Shown in pieces: positions 1-16,924 of a DNA stretch of 64,000 nt (position 1 is its first letter; each line of letters begins with the position of its first letter). Under the pieces are notes generated by a model that was not told the origin of the DNA, did no database searches, and saw nothing but the letters and a program-made list of their open reading frames with translations. Position numbers and translations under genes: made by a program. Source of the DNA: Bugula neritina. Taxonomy: Eukaryota; Animalia; Bryozoa. The stretch spans positions 15,200,698-15,264,697 of the forward strand of contig OZ037765.1 of the NCBI GenBank assembly GCA_964035545.1. Direction: 5' to 3'.

Positions 1-89
1 AATGCGCTGTAACATACTGAAATACACTGCAACATACTGCAACATACTGAAATACACTGCAACACATTGAAACATATTGCAGCATACTG

Positions 90-3000
90 AAATATACTGC
101 AACATTGAAATATACCGCAACATACTGAAATATGCTGTAGCACACTGAAATACACCGCAACTCACTATAATATAGTGTAATATACAGAAATGTACTGTAA
201 CATACTGAAATATACTGTAACATACTGAAATATACTGCAACATACTGAAGTACACTGCAACATACTGCAACATACTGAAATACACTGTAACATATTGAAA
301 TACATTACAACACATTGAAATATACTGCAACACACTGAAATATGCTGTAGCACACAGAAATACACTGCAACTCACTATAATATAGTGTAATATACAGAAA
401 TGTACTGTAACATACTGAGATACACTGCAACATACTGCAACATACTGAAATACACTGTAACATATTGAAATAGACTGCAAAACCTTGAAATATACTGCAA
501 CACACTGAAGGATACGGCAACATACTGAAATATACTGCGACACATTGAAATATACTGCAACATACTGAAATATGCTGTAGCATACTGAAATATACTGTAA
601 CACACTGTAATATACTGCATCATACTGCAACATACTGACATACACTGGAACATACTGAAATACACTGCAACATACTACAACATACTGAAATACACTGTAA
701 CCTACTGAAACATGCTGTAGCACACTGAAATATACTGCAGCATACTGAAATATAATGCAAGTTACTACAACATACTGAAATACACTGTGACATACTGAGA
801 TACACTGCAACACCTTGAAATATACTGCAACACACTTAAAGATACGGCAACATACTGAAATATACTGCGACACATTGAAATATACTGCAGCATACTGAAA
901 TATGCTGTAGCATACTGAAATATGCTGTAGCACACTGAAATATACTGCAACATACTGAAATATAATGCAAGTTAGTACAACATACTGAAATACACTGTGA
1001 CATACTGAAATACACTGCAACATACTGCAAGATACTGCAACATACTGAAATACACTGTAACATATTGAAATACACTGCAAAACCTTGAAATATACTGCAA
1101 CACACTGAAGGATACGGCAACATACTGAAATATATTGCGACACATTTAAATATACTGCAACATACAGAAATATGCTGTAGCATACTGAAATATACTGTAA
1201 CACACTGTAATATACTGCAACATACTGCAACATACTGACATATACTGGAACATACTGAAATACACTCCAACATACTACAACATACTGAAATACACTGTAA
1301 CCTACTGAAATATGCTGTAGCACACTGAAGTATACTGCAACATACTGAAATATAATGCAAGTAACTACAACATACTGAAATACACTGTGACATACTGAGA
1401 TACACTGCAACACCTTGAAATATACTGCAACACACTGAAAGATACGGCAACATACTGAAATATACTGCGACACATTGAAATATACTGCAGCATACTGAAA
1501 TATGCTGTAGCATAATGAAATATGCTGTAGCACACTGAAATATACTGCAACATACTGAAATATAATGCAAGTTACTACAACATACTGAAATACACTGTGA
1601 CATACTGAAACACACTGCAACATACTGCAAGATACTGCAACATACTGAAATGCACTGTAACATATTGAAATACACTGCAAAACCTTGAAATATACTGCAA
1701 CACACTGAAGGATACGGCAACATACTGAAATATACTGCGACACATTTAAATATACTGCAACATACTGGAATATGCTGTAGCATACTGAAATATACTGTAA
1801 CACACTGTTATATACTGCAACATACTGCAACATACCGACATATACTGGAACATACTGAAATACATTCCAACATACTACAACATACTGAAATACACTGTAA
1901 CCTACTGAAATATGCTGTAACACACTGAAGTATACTGCAACATACTGAAATATAATGCAAGTAACTACAACATACTGAAATACACTGTGACATACTGAGA
2001 TACATTGCAACTCACTATAATATATTGTAATATACAGAAATGTACTGTAACATACTGAAATACACTGTAACATACAGAAATATACTGCAGCATACTGAAG
2101 TACACTGCAACATACTGCAACATACTGAAATACACTGTAACATATTGAAATACACTGCAAAACCTTGAAATATACTGCAACACACTGAATGATACGGCAT
2201 CCTACTGAAATATACTGCGACACATTGAAATATACTGCAACATACTGAAATATGCTGTAGCATACTGAAATATACTGTAACACACTGTAATATACTGCAA
2301 CATACTGACATACACTGGAACATACTGAAATACACTGCAACATACTACAACATACTGAAATACACTGTAACCTACTGAAATATGCCGTAGCACACTGAAA
2401 TATACTGCAACATACTGAAATATAATACAAGTTACTACAACATACTGAAATACACTGTGACATACTGAGATACACTGCAACATACTGCAACATACTGTAA
2501 CATACCGAAATACACTGTAACCTAATGAAATACACTGCAACATACTACAACATACTGAAATACACTGTAACATTTTGAATTACACTGCAACACATTGAAA
2601 CATACTGCAACATACCGAAATATATGGCAAACTACTGAAATATACTTTAACACATTGAAAAAAACTGCATCATACTGAAATATACTGTAACACACTGAAA
2701 TATACTGCAAAACACTGAAATACACTGTAACATACTGAAATATGTTGCAACACACTGCAACATACTGAAATGCGCTGTAACATACTGAAATACACTGCAA
2801 CATACTGCAACATACTGAAATACACTGCAACACATTGAAACATATTGCAGCATACTGAAATATACTGCAACATTGAAATATACCGCAACATACTGAAATA
2901 TGCTGTAGCACACTGAAATACACTGCAACTCACTATAATATAGTGTAATATACAGAAATGTACTGTAACATACTGAAATACACTGTAACATACAGAAATA

Positions 3001-6000
3001 TACTGCAACATACTGAAGTACACTGCAACATACTGCAACATACTGAAATACACTGTAACATATTGAAATACACTGCAAAACCTTGAAATATACTGCAACA
3101 CACTGAATGATACGGCAACATACTGAAATATACTGCGACACATTGAAATACACTGCAACATACTGAAATATGCTGTAGCATACTGAAATATACTGTAACA
3201 CACTGTAATATACTGCAACATACTGCAACATACTGACATACACTGGAACATACTGAAATACACTGCAACATACTACAACATACTGAAATACACTGTAACC
3301 TACTGAAATATGCCGTAGCACAGTGAAATATACTGCAACATTGAAATATACCGCAACATACTGAAATATGCTGTAGCACACTGAAATACACCGCAACGCA
3401 CTATAATATAGTGTAATATACAGAAATGTACTGTAACATACTGAAATATACTGTAACATACTGAAATATACTGCAACATACTGAAGTACACTGCAACATA
3501 CTGCAACATACTGAAATACACTGTAACATATTGAAATACATTACAACACATTGAAATATACTGCAACACACTGAAATATGCTGTAGCACACAGAAATACA
3601 CTGCAACTCACTATAATATAGTGTAATATACAGAAATGTACTGTAACATACTGAGATACACTGCAACATACTGCAACATACTGAAATACACTGTAACATA
3701 TTGAAATAGACTGCAAAACCTTGAAATATACTGCAACACACTGAAGGATACGGCAACATACTGAAATATACTGCGACACATTGAAATATACTGCAACATA
3801 CTGAAATATGCTGTAGCATACCGAAATATACTGTAACACACTGTAATATACTGCAACATACTGCAACATACTGACATACACTGGAACATACTGAAAAACA
3901 CTGCAACATACTACAACATACTGAAATACACTGTAACCTACTGAAACATGCTGTAGCACACTGAAATATACTGCAGCATACTGAAATATAATGCAAGTTA
4001 CTACAACATACTGAAATACACTGTGACATACTGAGATACACTGCAACACCTTGAAATATACTGCAACACACTTAAAGATACGGCAACATACTGAAATATA
4101 CTGCGACACATTGAAATATACTGCAGCATACTGAAATATGCTGTAGCATACTGAAATATGCTGTAGCACACTGAAATATACTGCAACATACTGAAATATA
4201 ATGCAAGTTAGTACAACATACTGAAATACACTGTGACATACTGAAATACACTGCAACATACTGCAAGATACTGCAACATACTGAAATACACTGTAACATA
4301 TTGAAATACACTGCAAAACTTTGAAATATACTGCAACACACTGAAGGATACGGCAACATACTGAAATATATTGCGACACATTTAAATATACTGCAACATA
4401 CAGAAATATGCTGTAGCATACTGAAATATACTGTAACACACTGTAATATACTGCAACATACTGCAACATACTGACATATACTGGAACATACTGAAATACA
4501 CTCCAACATACTACAACATACTGAAATACACTGTAACCTACTGAAATATGCTGTAGCACACTGAAGTATACTGCAACATACTGAAATATAATGCAAGTAA
4601 CTACAACATACTGAAATACACTGTGACATACTGAGATACACTGCAACACCTTGAAATATACTGCAACACACTGAAAGATACGGCAACATACTGAAATATA
4701 CTGCGACACATTGAAATATACTGCAGCATACTGAAATATGCTGTAGCATAATGAAATATGCTGTAGCACACTGAAATATACTGCAACATACTGAAATATA
4801 ATGCAAGTTACTACAACATACTGAAATACACTGTGACATACTGAAACACACTGCAACATACTGCAAGATACTGCAACATACTGAAATGCACTGTAACATA
4901 TTGAAATACACTGCAAAACCTTGAAATATACTGCAACACACTGAAGGATACGGCAACATACTGAAATATACTGCGACACATTTAAATATACTGCAACATA
5001 CTGGAATATGCTGTAGCATACTGAAATATACTGTAACACACTGTTATATACTGCAACATACTGCAACATACCGACATATACTGGAACATACTGAAATACA
5101 TTCCAACATACTACAACATACTGAAATACACTGTAACCTACTGAAATATGCTGTAACACACTGAAGTATACTGCAACATACTGAAATATAATGCAAGTAA
5201 CTACAACATACTGAAATACACTGTGACATACTGAGATACACTGCAACTCACTATAATATAGTGTAATATACAGAAATGTACTGTAACATACTGAAATACA
5301 CTGTAACATACAGAAATATACTGCAGCATACTGAAGTACACTGCAACATACTGCAACATACTGAAATACACTGTAACATATTGAAATACACTGCAAAACC
5401 TTGAAATATACTGCAACACACTGAATGATACGGCAACCTACTGAAATATACTGCGACACATTGAAATATACTGCAACATACTGAAATATGCTGTAGCATA
5501 CTGAAATATACTGTAACACACTGTAATATACTGCAACATACTGACATACACTGGAACATACTGAAATACACTGCAACATACTACAACATACTGAAATACA
5601 CTGTAACCTACTGAAATATGCCGTAGCACACTGAAATATACTGCAACATACTGAAATATAATACATGTTACTACAACATACTGAAATACACTGTGACATA
5701 CTGAGATACACTGCAACATACTGCAACATACTGTAACATACCGAAATACACTGTAACCTAATGAAATACACTGCAACATACTACAACATACTGAAATACA
5801 CTGTAACATTTTGAATTACACTGCAACACATTGAAAAATACTGCAACATACCGAAATATATGGCAAACTACTGAAATATACTTTAACACATTGAAAAAAA
5901 CTGCATCATACTGAAATATACTGTAACACACTGAAATATACTGCAAAACACTGAAATACACTGTAACATACTGAAATATGTTGCAACACACTGCAACATA

Positions 6001-6900
6001 CTGAAATGCGCTGTAACATACTGAAATACACTGCAACATACTGCAACATACTGAAATACACTGCAACACATTGAAACATATTGCAGCATACTGAAATATA
6101 CTGCAACATTGAAATATACCGCAACATACTGAAATATGCTGTAGCACACTGAAATACACTGCAACTCACTATAATATAGTGTAATATACAGAAATGTACT
6201 GTAACATACTGAAATACACTGTAACATACAGAAATATACTGCAACATACTGAAGTACACTGCAACATACTGCAACATACTGAAATACACTGTAACATATT
6301 GAAATACACTGCAAAACCTTGAAATATACTGCAACACACTGAATGATACGGCAACATACTGAAATATACTGCGACACATTGAAATACACTGCAACATACT
6401 GAAATATGCTGTAGCATACTGAAATATACTGTAACACACTGTAATATACTGCAACATACTGCAACATACTGACATACCCTGGAACATACTGAAATACACT
6501 GCAACATACTACAACATACTGAAATACACTGTAACCTACTGAAATATGCCGTAGCACAGTGAAATATACTGCAACATTGAAATATACCGCAACATACTGA
6601 AATATGCTGTAGCACACTGAAATACACCGCAACGCACTATAATATAGTGTAATATACAGAAATGTACTGCAACATACTGAAATATACTGTAATATACTGA
6701 AATATACTGCAACATACTGAAGTACACTGCAACATACTGCAACATACTGAAATACACTGTAACATATTGAAATACAATACAACACATTGAAATATACTGC
6801 AACACACTGAAATATGCTGTAGCACACAGAAATACACTGCAACTCACTATAATATAGTGTAATATACAGAAATGTACTGTAACATACTGAGATACAATGC
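90..6900. repeat. Higher-order tandem repeat, 3236-bp period (about 2.1 copies; boundaries approximate)
   Basis: Matching variant strings and near-identical ORF-track entries at a constant +3236 offset (165/3401/6637; 836/4072; 1808/5044; 2522/5758; 2933/6169). Confidence 0.9.
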
Positions 6901-9900
6901 AACATACTGCAACATACTGCAACATACTGAAATACACTGTAACATATTGAAATAGGCTGCAAAACCTTGAAATATACTGCAACACACTGAAGGATACGGC
7001 AACATACTGAAATATACTGCGACACATTGAAATATACTGCAACATACTGAAATATGCTGTAGCATACTGAAATATACTGTAACACACTGTAATATACTGC
7101 AACATACTGCAACATACTGACATACACTGGAACATACTGAAATACACTGCAACATACTACAACATACTGAAATACACTGTAACCTACTGAAATATGCTGT
7201 AGCACACTGAAATATACTGCAGCATACTGAAATATAATGCAAGTTACTACAACATACTGAAATACACTGTGACATACTGAGATACACTGCAACACCTTGA
7301 AATATACTGCAACACACTGAAAGATACGGCAACATACTGAAAAATACTGCGACACATTGAAATACACTGCAGCACACTGAAATATGCTGTAGCATACTGA
7401 AATATGCTGTAGCACACTGAAATATACTGCAACATACTGAAATATAATGCAAGCTACTACAACATACTGAAATACACTGTGACATACTGAAATACACTGC
7501 AACATACTGCAAGATACTGCAACCTACTGAAATACACTGTAACATATTGAAATACACTGCAAAACCTTGAAATATACTGCAACACACTGAAGGATACGGC
7601 AACATACTGAAATATACTGCGACACATTTAAATATACTGCAACATACAGAAATATGCTGTAGCATACTGAAATATACTGTAACACACTGTAATATACTGC
7701 AAGATACTGCAACATACTGACATATACTGGAACATACTGAAATACACTCCAACATACTACAACATACTGAAATACACTGTAACCTACTGAAATATGCTGT
7801 AGCACAGTGAAGTATACTGCAACATACTGAAATATAATGCAAGTAACTACAACATACTGAAACACACTGTGACATACTGAGATACACTGCAACATACTGC
7901 AACATACTGCAACATACTGAAATACACTGTAACAGACTGAAATGTACTGTAACACACTGAAATATACTGCAACATGCTGAAATACACTGTAACATACTGA
8001 AATATACTGCAACATACTGCAACATACTGAAATACACTGTAACATACTGAAATACACTGCAACATACTGCAACATACTGAAATACGCTGGAACAAATTGA
8101 AACACACTACAACACATTGAAATATACTGCAACACACTGAAACATACAGAAACATACTGAAATATACTGCGACACATTGAAATATACTGCAACATAGTTA
8201 AATATGATGCAAGATACTGCAACATTCTGAAATACACTGTAACAAACTGAAATACACTCCAACATACTACAACATACTGAAATACACTGTAACATATTAA
8301 AATATACCGCAACACATTGAAATATACTGCAACATACCGAAGTATATGGTAAACTACTGAAATATACTGTAACACATTGAAACATACCGCAAAATACTAA
8401 AATACGCTGCAACACACTGAAGTATACCGTAATATATAGAAATGTACTGTAAAATACTTAAACGTACGACAACATACCAAAAAATGTACTGCAACATACT
8501 GAATTACACTGCAATATCCTGAAATATACTTCAACATACTGAAACATACCTAAAAATATTGAAATATACTGAAATACAGCGTAGGATATTGAAATACACT
8601 GCAACAATTAGGAATATACAGCAACATACCGAGATATATGGTAACCTACTGAAATATGTTGCAAACTACTGAAATATACTGCAACATACTGCAACATAAT
8701 GAAATATACTATAACACACTGGAATAAACTGCAAAATACTGAAATATACTGTAACATACTGAAATACACTGCAACATACTACAACATACTGAAATACACT
8801 GTAATCTACTGAAATATGCTGTAGCACACTGAAATATACTGCAACATACTGAAATATAATGCAAGTTACTACAACATACTGAAATACACTGTGACATACT
8901 GAGATACACTGCAACATACTGCAACATACTGAAATACACCGTAACATATTGAAATACACTGCAAAACCTTGAAATATACTGCAACACACTGAAGGATACG
9001 GCAACATACTGAAATATACTGCGACACATTGAAATATACTGCAACATACTGAAATATGCTGTAGAATACTGAAATATACTGTAACACACTGTAATATACT
9101 GCAACATACTGCAACATACTGCAACATACTGACATACACTGGAACATACTGAAATACACTGCAACATACTACAACATACTGAAATACACTGTAACCTACT
9201 GAAATATGCTGTAGCACACCGAAGTATACTGCAACATACTGAAATATAATGCAAGGTACTACAACATACTGAAATACACTGTGACATACTGAGATACACT
9301 GCAACATACTGCAACATACTGCAACATACTGCAACATACTGAAAAACACTGTAACATATTGAAATACACTGCAACACCTTGAAATATACTGCAACACACT
9401 GAAAGATACGGCAACATACTGAAATATACTGCGACATTTTGAAATATACTGCAGCATACTGAAATATGCTGTAGCATACTGAAATATACTGTAACACACT
9501 GAAATATACTGCAACATACTGAAATACATTGTAACATACTGAAATATACTGCAACAAACTGAAATACACTGTAACATACTGAAATATACTGCAACATACT
9601 GCAACATCCTGAAATACACTGTAACATACTGAAATACACTGCAACATACTGCAACATACTGAAATACACTGGAACATATCGAAACACACTACAACACATT
9701 GAAATACACTGCAACACACTGAAACATACAGCAACATACTGAAAGATACTGCGACACATTGAAATATACTGCAACATAGTCAAATATAATGCAAGATACT
9801 GTAACATTCTGAAATACACTGTGAGATACTGAAATACACTGCAACATACTGCAACATACTGCAACATACTGCAACATACTGCAACATACTGAAATACACT

Positions 9901-10059
9901 GCAACACAGTGAAGTATACTGTAAAATACAGAAATATACTGTAACATACTGAAACATATGTCAACATACTGAAATGTACTGCAACATGCTGAAATATATT
10001 GCAACATACTGAAACATACGGCAACATACTGAAATATACTGCAACACATTGAAATATAC

Positions 10060-13000
10060 TGCAACATACTGAAATATAATGCAAGTTACTACAACATACT
10101 GAAATACACTGTGACATACTGAGATACACTGCAACATACTGCAACATACTGTAACATACTGAAATACACTGTAACCTACTGAAACACACTGCAACATACT
10201 ACAACATACCGAAGTACACTGTAACATCATGAATTACACTGCAACACATTGAAAAATACTGCAACATACCGAAATATATGGCAAACTACTGAAATATACT
10301 TTAACAGATTGAAAAAAACTTCATCATACTGAAATATACTGTAACACACTGAAATATACTGCAAAACACTGAAATACACTGTAACATACTGAAATACACT
10401 GTAACATACTGAAATATACTGCAACACACTGCAACATACTGAAATGCGCTTTAACATACTGAAATACACTGCAACATACTACAACATATAGAAATACACT
10501 GCAACACATTGAAATATACTGCAACACACTGAAACATCTGGCAACATATTGAAATATACTGCAACACATTGAAATATACCGCAACATACTGAAATATGCT
10601 GTAGCACACTGAAATACACCGCAACTCACTATAATATAGTGTAATATACAGAAATGTACTGTAACATACTGAAATATACTGTAACATACTGAAATATACT
10701 GCAACATACTGAAGTACACTGCAACATACTGCAACATACTGAAATACACTGTAACATATTGAAATACATTACAACACATTGAAATATACTGCAACACACT
10801 GAAATATGCTGTAGCACACTGAAATACACTGCAACTCACTATAATATAGTGTAATATACAGAAATGTACTGTAACATACTGAGATAAACTGCAACATACT
10901 GCAACATACTGCAACATACTGAAATACACTGTAACATATTGAAATACACTGCAAAACCTTGAAATATACTGCAACACACTGAAGGATACGGCAACATACT
11001 GAAATATACTGCGACACATTGAAATATACTGCAACATACTGAAATACGCTGTAGCATACTGAAATATACTGTAACACACCGTAATATACTGCAACATACT
11101 GCAACATACTGACATACACTGGAACATACTGAAATACACTGCAACATACTACAACATACTGAAATACACTGTAACCTACTGAAATATGCTGTAGCACACT
11201 GAAATATACTGCAGCATACTGAAATATAATGCAAGTTACTACAACATACTGAAATACACTGTGACATACTGTGATACACTGCAACACCTTGAAATATACT
11301 GCAACACACTGAAAGATACTGCGACACATTGAAATATACTGCAGCATACTGAAATATGCTGTAGCATACTGAAATACGCTGTAGCACACTGAAATATACT
11401 GCAACATACTGAAATATAATGCAAGTTACTACAAGATACTGAAATACACTGTTGCATACTGAAATACACTATAACAGACTGAAATGTACTGTAACACACT
11501 GAAATATACTGCAACATGCTGAAATACACTGTAACATACTGAAATATACTGCAACATACTGCAACATACTGAAATACACTGTAACATACTGAAATGCACT
11601 GCAACATACTGCAACATACTGAAATACACTGGAACAAATTGAAACACACTACAACACATTGAAATATACTGCAACACACTGAAACAAACAGCAACATACT
11701 GAAATAACCTGCAACATACTGAAGTACACTGCAACATACTGCAACATACTGAAACACACTGTAACATATTGAAATACACTACAACACATTGAAATATACT
11801 GCAACACACTGAAGGATACGGCAACATACTGAAATATACTGCGACACATTGAAATATACTGCAACATACTGAAATTTGCTGTAGCATACTGAAATATACT
11901 GTAACACACTGTAAAATACTGCAACATACTGCAACATACTGACATACACTGGAACATACTGAAATACACTGCAACATACTACAACATACTGAAATACACT
12001 GTAACCTACTGAAATACGCTGTAGCACACTGAAATATACTGCAACATACTGAAATATAATGCAAGTTACTACAACATACTGAAATACACTGTGACATACT
12101 GAGATACACTGCAACATACTGCAACATACTGTAACATACTGAAATACACTGCAACCTACTGAAACACACTGCAACATACTACAACATACCGAAGTACACT
12201 GTAACATCATGAATTACACTGCAACACATTGAAAAATACTGCAACATACCGAAATATATGGCAAACTACTGAAATATACTTTAACAGATTGAAAAAAACT
12301 GCATCATACTGAAATATACTGTAACACACTGAAATATACTGCAAAACACTGAAATACACTGTAACATACTGAAATACCCTGTAACATACTGAAATATACT
12401 GCAACACACTGCAACATACTGAAATGCGCTTTAACATACTGAAATACACTGCAACATACTACAACATATAGAAATACACTGCAACACATTGAAATATACT
12501 GCAACACACTGAAACATCTGGCAACATATTGAAATATACTGCAACACATTGAAATATACCGCAACATACTGAAATATGCTGTAGCACACTGAAATACACC
12601 GCAACTCACTATAATATAGTGTAATATACAGAAATGTACTGTAACATACTGAAATATACTGTAACATACTGAAATATACTGCAACATACTGAAGTACACT
12701 GCAACATACTGCAACATACTGAAATACACTGTAACATATTGAAATACATTACAACACATTGAAATATACTGCAACACACTGAAATATGCTGTAGCACACT
12801 GAAATACACTGCAACTCACTATAATATAGTGTAATATACAGAAATGTACTGTAACATACTGAGATAAACTGCAACATACTGCAACATACTGCAACATACT
12901 GAAATACACTGTAACATATTGAAATACACTGCAAAACCTTGAAATATACTGCAACACACTGAAGGATACGGCAACATACTGAAATATACTGCGACACATT

Positions 13001-15660
13001 GAAATATACTGCAACATACTGAAATACGCTGTAGCATACTGAAATATACTGTAACACACCGTAATATACTGCAACATACTGCAACATACTGACATACACT
13101 GGAACATACTGAAATACACTGCAACATACTACAACATACTGAAATACACTGTAACCTACTGAAATATGCTGTAGCACACTGAAATATACTGCAGCATACT
13201 GAAATATAATGCAAGTTACAACAACATACTGAAATACACTGTGACATACTGAGATACACTGCAACACCTTGAAATATACTGCAACACACTGAAAGATACT
13301 GCGACACATTGAAATATACTGCAGCATACTGAAATATGCTGTAGCATACTGAAATACGCTGTAGCACACTGAAATATACTGCAACATAATGAAATATAAT
13401 GCAAGTTACTACAACATACTGAAATACACTGTGGCATACTGAAATACACTATAACAGACTGAAATGTACTGTAACACACTGAAATATACTGCAACATGCT
13501 GAAATACACTGTAACATACTGAAATATACTGCAACATACTGCAACATACTGAAATACACTGTAACATACTGAAATGCACTGCAACATCCTGCAACATACT
13601 GAAATACACTGGAACAAATTGAAACACACTACAACACATTGAAATATACTGCAACACACTGAAACATACAGCAACATACTGAAATAACCTGCAACATACT
13701 GAAGTACACTGCAACATACTGCAACATACTGAAACACACTGTAACATATTGAAATACACTACAACACATTGAAATATACTGCAACACACTGAAGGATACG
13801 GCAACATACTGAAATATACTGCGACACATTGAAATATACTGCAACATACTGAAATTTGCTGTAGCATACTGAAATATACTGTAACACACTGTAAAATACT
13901 GCAACATACTGACATACACTGGAACATACTGAAATACACTGCAACATACTACAACATACTGAAATACACTGTAACCTACTGAAATACGCTGTAGCACACT
14001 GAAATATACTGCAACATACTGAAATATAATGCAAGTTACTACAACATACTGAAATACACTGTGACATACTGAGATACACTGCAACATACTGCAACATACT
14101 GTAACATACTGAAATACACTGTAACCTACTGAAACACACTGCAACATACTACAACATACCGAAGTACACTGTAACATCATGAATTACACTGCAACACATT
14201 GAAAAATACTGCAACATACCGAAATATATGGCAAACTACTGAAATATACTTTAACAGATTGAAAAAAACTTCATCATACTGAAATATACTGTAACACACT
14301 GAAATATACTGCAAAACACTGAAATACACTGTAACATACTGAAATACACTGTAACATACTGAAATATACTGCAACACACTGCAACATACTGAAATGCGCT
14401 TTAACATACTGAAATACACTGCAACATACTACAACATATAGAAATACACTGCAACACATTGAAATATACTGCAACACACTGAAACATCTGGCAACATATT
14501 GAAATATACTGCAACACATTGAAATATACCGCAACATACTGAAATATGCTGTAGCACACTGAAATACACCGCAACTCACTATAATATAGTGTAATATACA
14601 GAAATGTACTGTAACATACTGAAATATACTGTAACATACTGAAATATACTGCAACATACTGAAGTACACTGCAACATACTGCAACATACTGAAATACACT
14701 GTAACATATTGAAATACATTACAACACATTGAAATATACTGCAACACACTGAAATATGCTGTAGCACACTGAAATACACTGCAACTCACTATAATATAGT
14801 GTAATATACAGAAATGTACTGTAACATACTGAGATAAACTGCAACATACTGCAACATACTGCAACATACTGAAATACACTGTAACATATTGAAATACACT
14901 GCAAAACCTTGAAATATACTGCAACACACTGAAGGATACGGCAACATACTGAAATATACTGCGACACATTGAAATATACTGCAACATACTGAAATACGCT
15001 GTAGCATACTGAAATATACTGTAACACACCGTAATATACTGCAACATACTGCAACATACTGACATACACTGGAACATACTGAAATACACTGCAACATACT
15101 ACAACATACTGAAATACACTGTAACCTACTGAAATATGCTGTAGCACACTGAAATATACTGCAGCATACTGAAATATAATGCAAGTTACAACAACATACT
15201 GAAATACACTGTGACATACTGAGATACACTGCAACACCTTGAAATATACTGCAACACACTGAAAGATACTGCGACACATTGAAATATACTGCAGCATACT
15301 GAAATATGCTGTAGCATACTGAAATACGCTGTAGCACACTGAAATATACTGCAACATACTGAAATATAATGCAAGTTACTACAACATACTGAAATACACT
15401 GTGACATACTGAAATACACTGTAACAGACTAAAATGTACTGTAACACACTGAAATATACTGCAACATGCTGAAATACACTGTAACATACTGAAATATACT
15501 GCAACATACTGCAACATACTGAAATACACTGTAACATACTGAAATGCACTGCAACATACTGCAACATACTGAAATACACTGGAACAAATTGAAGCACACT
15601 ACAACACATTGAAATATACTGCAACACACTGAAACATACAGCAACATACTGAAATATACT
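10060..15660. repeat. Higher-order tandem repeat, 1980/1970-bp period (about 2.8 copies; boundaries approximate)
   Basis: The landmark GTAACATCATGAATTACAC...TTAACAGATTG recurs at about 10221, 12201 and 14171; ORF pairs 10324/12304/14274. Confidence 0.9.
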
Positions 15661-16515
15661 GCGACACATTGAAGTATACTGCAACATAGTTAAATATAAT
15701 GCAAGATACTGCAACATTCTGAAATACACTGTGACATACTGAAATACACTGCAACATACTTCAACATATTGCAACATACTGCAACATACTGAAATACACT
15801 GTAACATATTGAAGTGCACTGCAACACATTGAAATATACTGCAACACACTGAAGCATACGGCAACATACTGAAATATACTGCAACACATTGAAATATACT
15901 GCAACATAGTCAAATATAATGCAAGATACTGTAACACTCTGAAACACACTGTTCAGATACTGAAATTCACTGCAACATACTGCAACATACTGCAACATAC
16001 TGAAATACACTGTAACATATTGAAATACACTGCAACACATTGAAATATACTGCAAGACACTGAAACATACGGCAACATACTGAAATATACTGCAACACAT
16101 TGAAATATACTGCAACATACTGAAATATGCTGTAGTATACCGAAACACACTGCAACACAGTGAAGTATACTGTAAAATACAGAAATATACTGTAACATAC
16201 TGAAACATATGTCAACATACTGAAATGTACTGCAACATGCTGAAATATATTGCAACATACTGAAATACACTGTAACAAACCCAATTACACTGCAACAAAC
16301 TGCAACATACTGAAATACGCTGTAACATATTGAAATTTGCTCCAACACATTGAACGAAACTGCAATATACCTAAATATACGACAATATACTGAAAGATAC
16401 TGTACCACATTGAAAAACATTGCAACATACTGAAACATGCTGTAGCACATTAAAATACACTGTAAGATACTGAAATACACTGCAGCATGCTGAAATACAC
16501 TGTAACCTACTGAAA

Positions 16516-16538
16516 CACAGGATAGTTAAGGGCATCCT
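16516..16538 (+). repeat. Left terminal inverted repeat of MITE copy 1
   Basis: CACAGGATAGTTAAGGGCATCCT; reverse complement of 17249-17271 at 22/23 positions (first 19 perfect). Confidence 0.95.
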
Positions 16539-16924
16539 CACTAAGAATATCATAAATTTCTCACAAAATGTAGTTCGGTTTCTTGAATAATATTGCTCTG
16601 CGGGTGGCATGCGTGTTGCCTACTTGTAATTGTTTAGCCTAAGATTAAACTACAACCAATAAGCAGCAACCTTCATTAGGGCTGCGTTATCTATCAACAT
16701 TCCATTATTGGTGCTACATAAACAAAGTACAAAGCAAGCTATTCATTATAGCTTGCCAGCTAGCTAGCCTGTAATTATTATGTAGGCGCCAATATCTTCT
16801 CATCCCTACGTGCTCAGTGAAGCGTGAAGTGCTGCGCGCTGCTAGTTTCTTATGAGAAAATATGGCATTTTCAGTGTATAAATCACCAATTTATGAGCAA
16901 TCTAGCAGAGTTATTGAAAAAAGA

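Larger units (their letters stand above)
1..16515. repeat. 10-bp/20-bp tandem satellite array, segment 1 (consensus monomer GHAAYAYACT)
   Basis: Continuous head-to-tail 10-mers GCAACATACT, GTAACATACT, GAAATATACT, GAAATACACT and point variants. The 10-bp register holds for kilobases, and the array runs off the left window edge. Confidence 0.98.

Noticed and set aside
16516-16560. Transib/RAG-like (RSS) ends, and RSS heptamers CACAGTG/CACTGTG scattered through the satellite
   Set aside because: The element end CACAGGA matches only 5/7 of the heptamer, the TSD is 2 bp rather than 5 bp, and there is no ACAAAAACC nonamer at 12/23 spacing. Satellite heptamers are single-base variants of the monomer.
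16650-16860. CCAAT motifs and a small CpG-rich patch upstream of the 98-aa ORF as a promoter
   Set aside because: Such short motifs are expected by chance and there is no credible downstream gene. It might be a vestige of the parent element's promoter, but this cannot be supported from the sequence.
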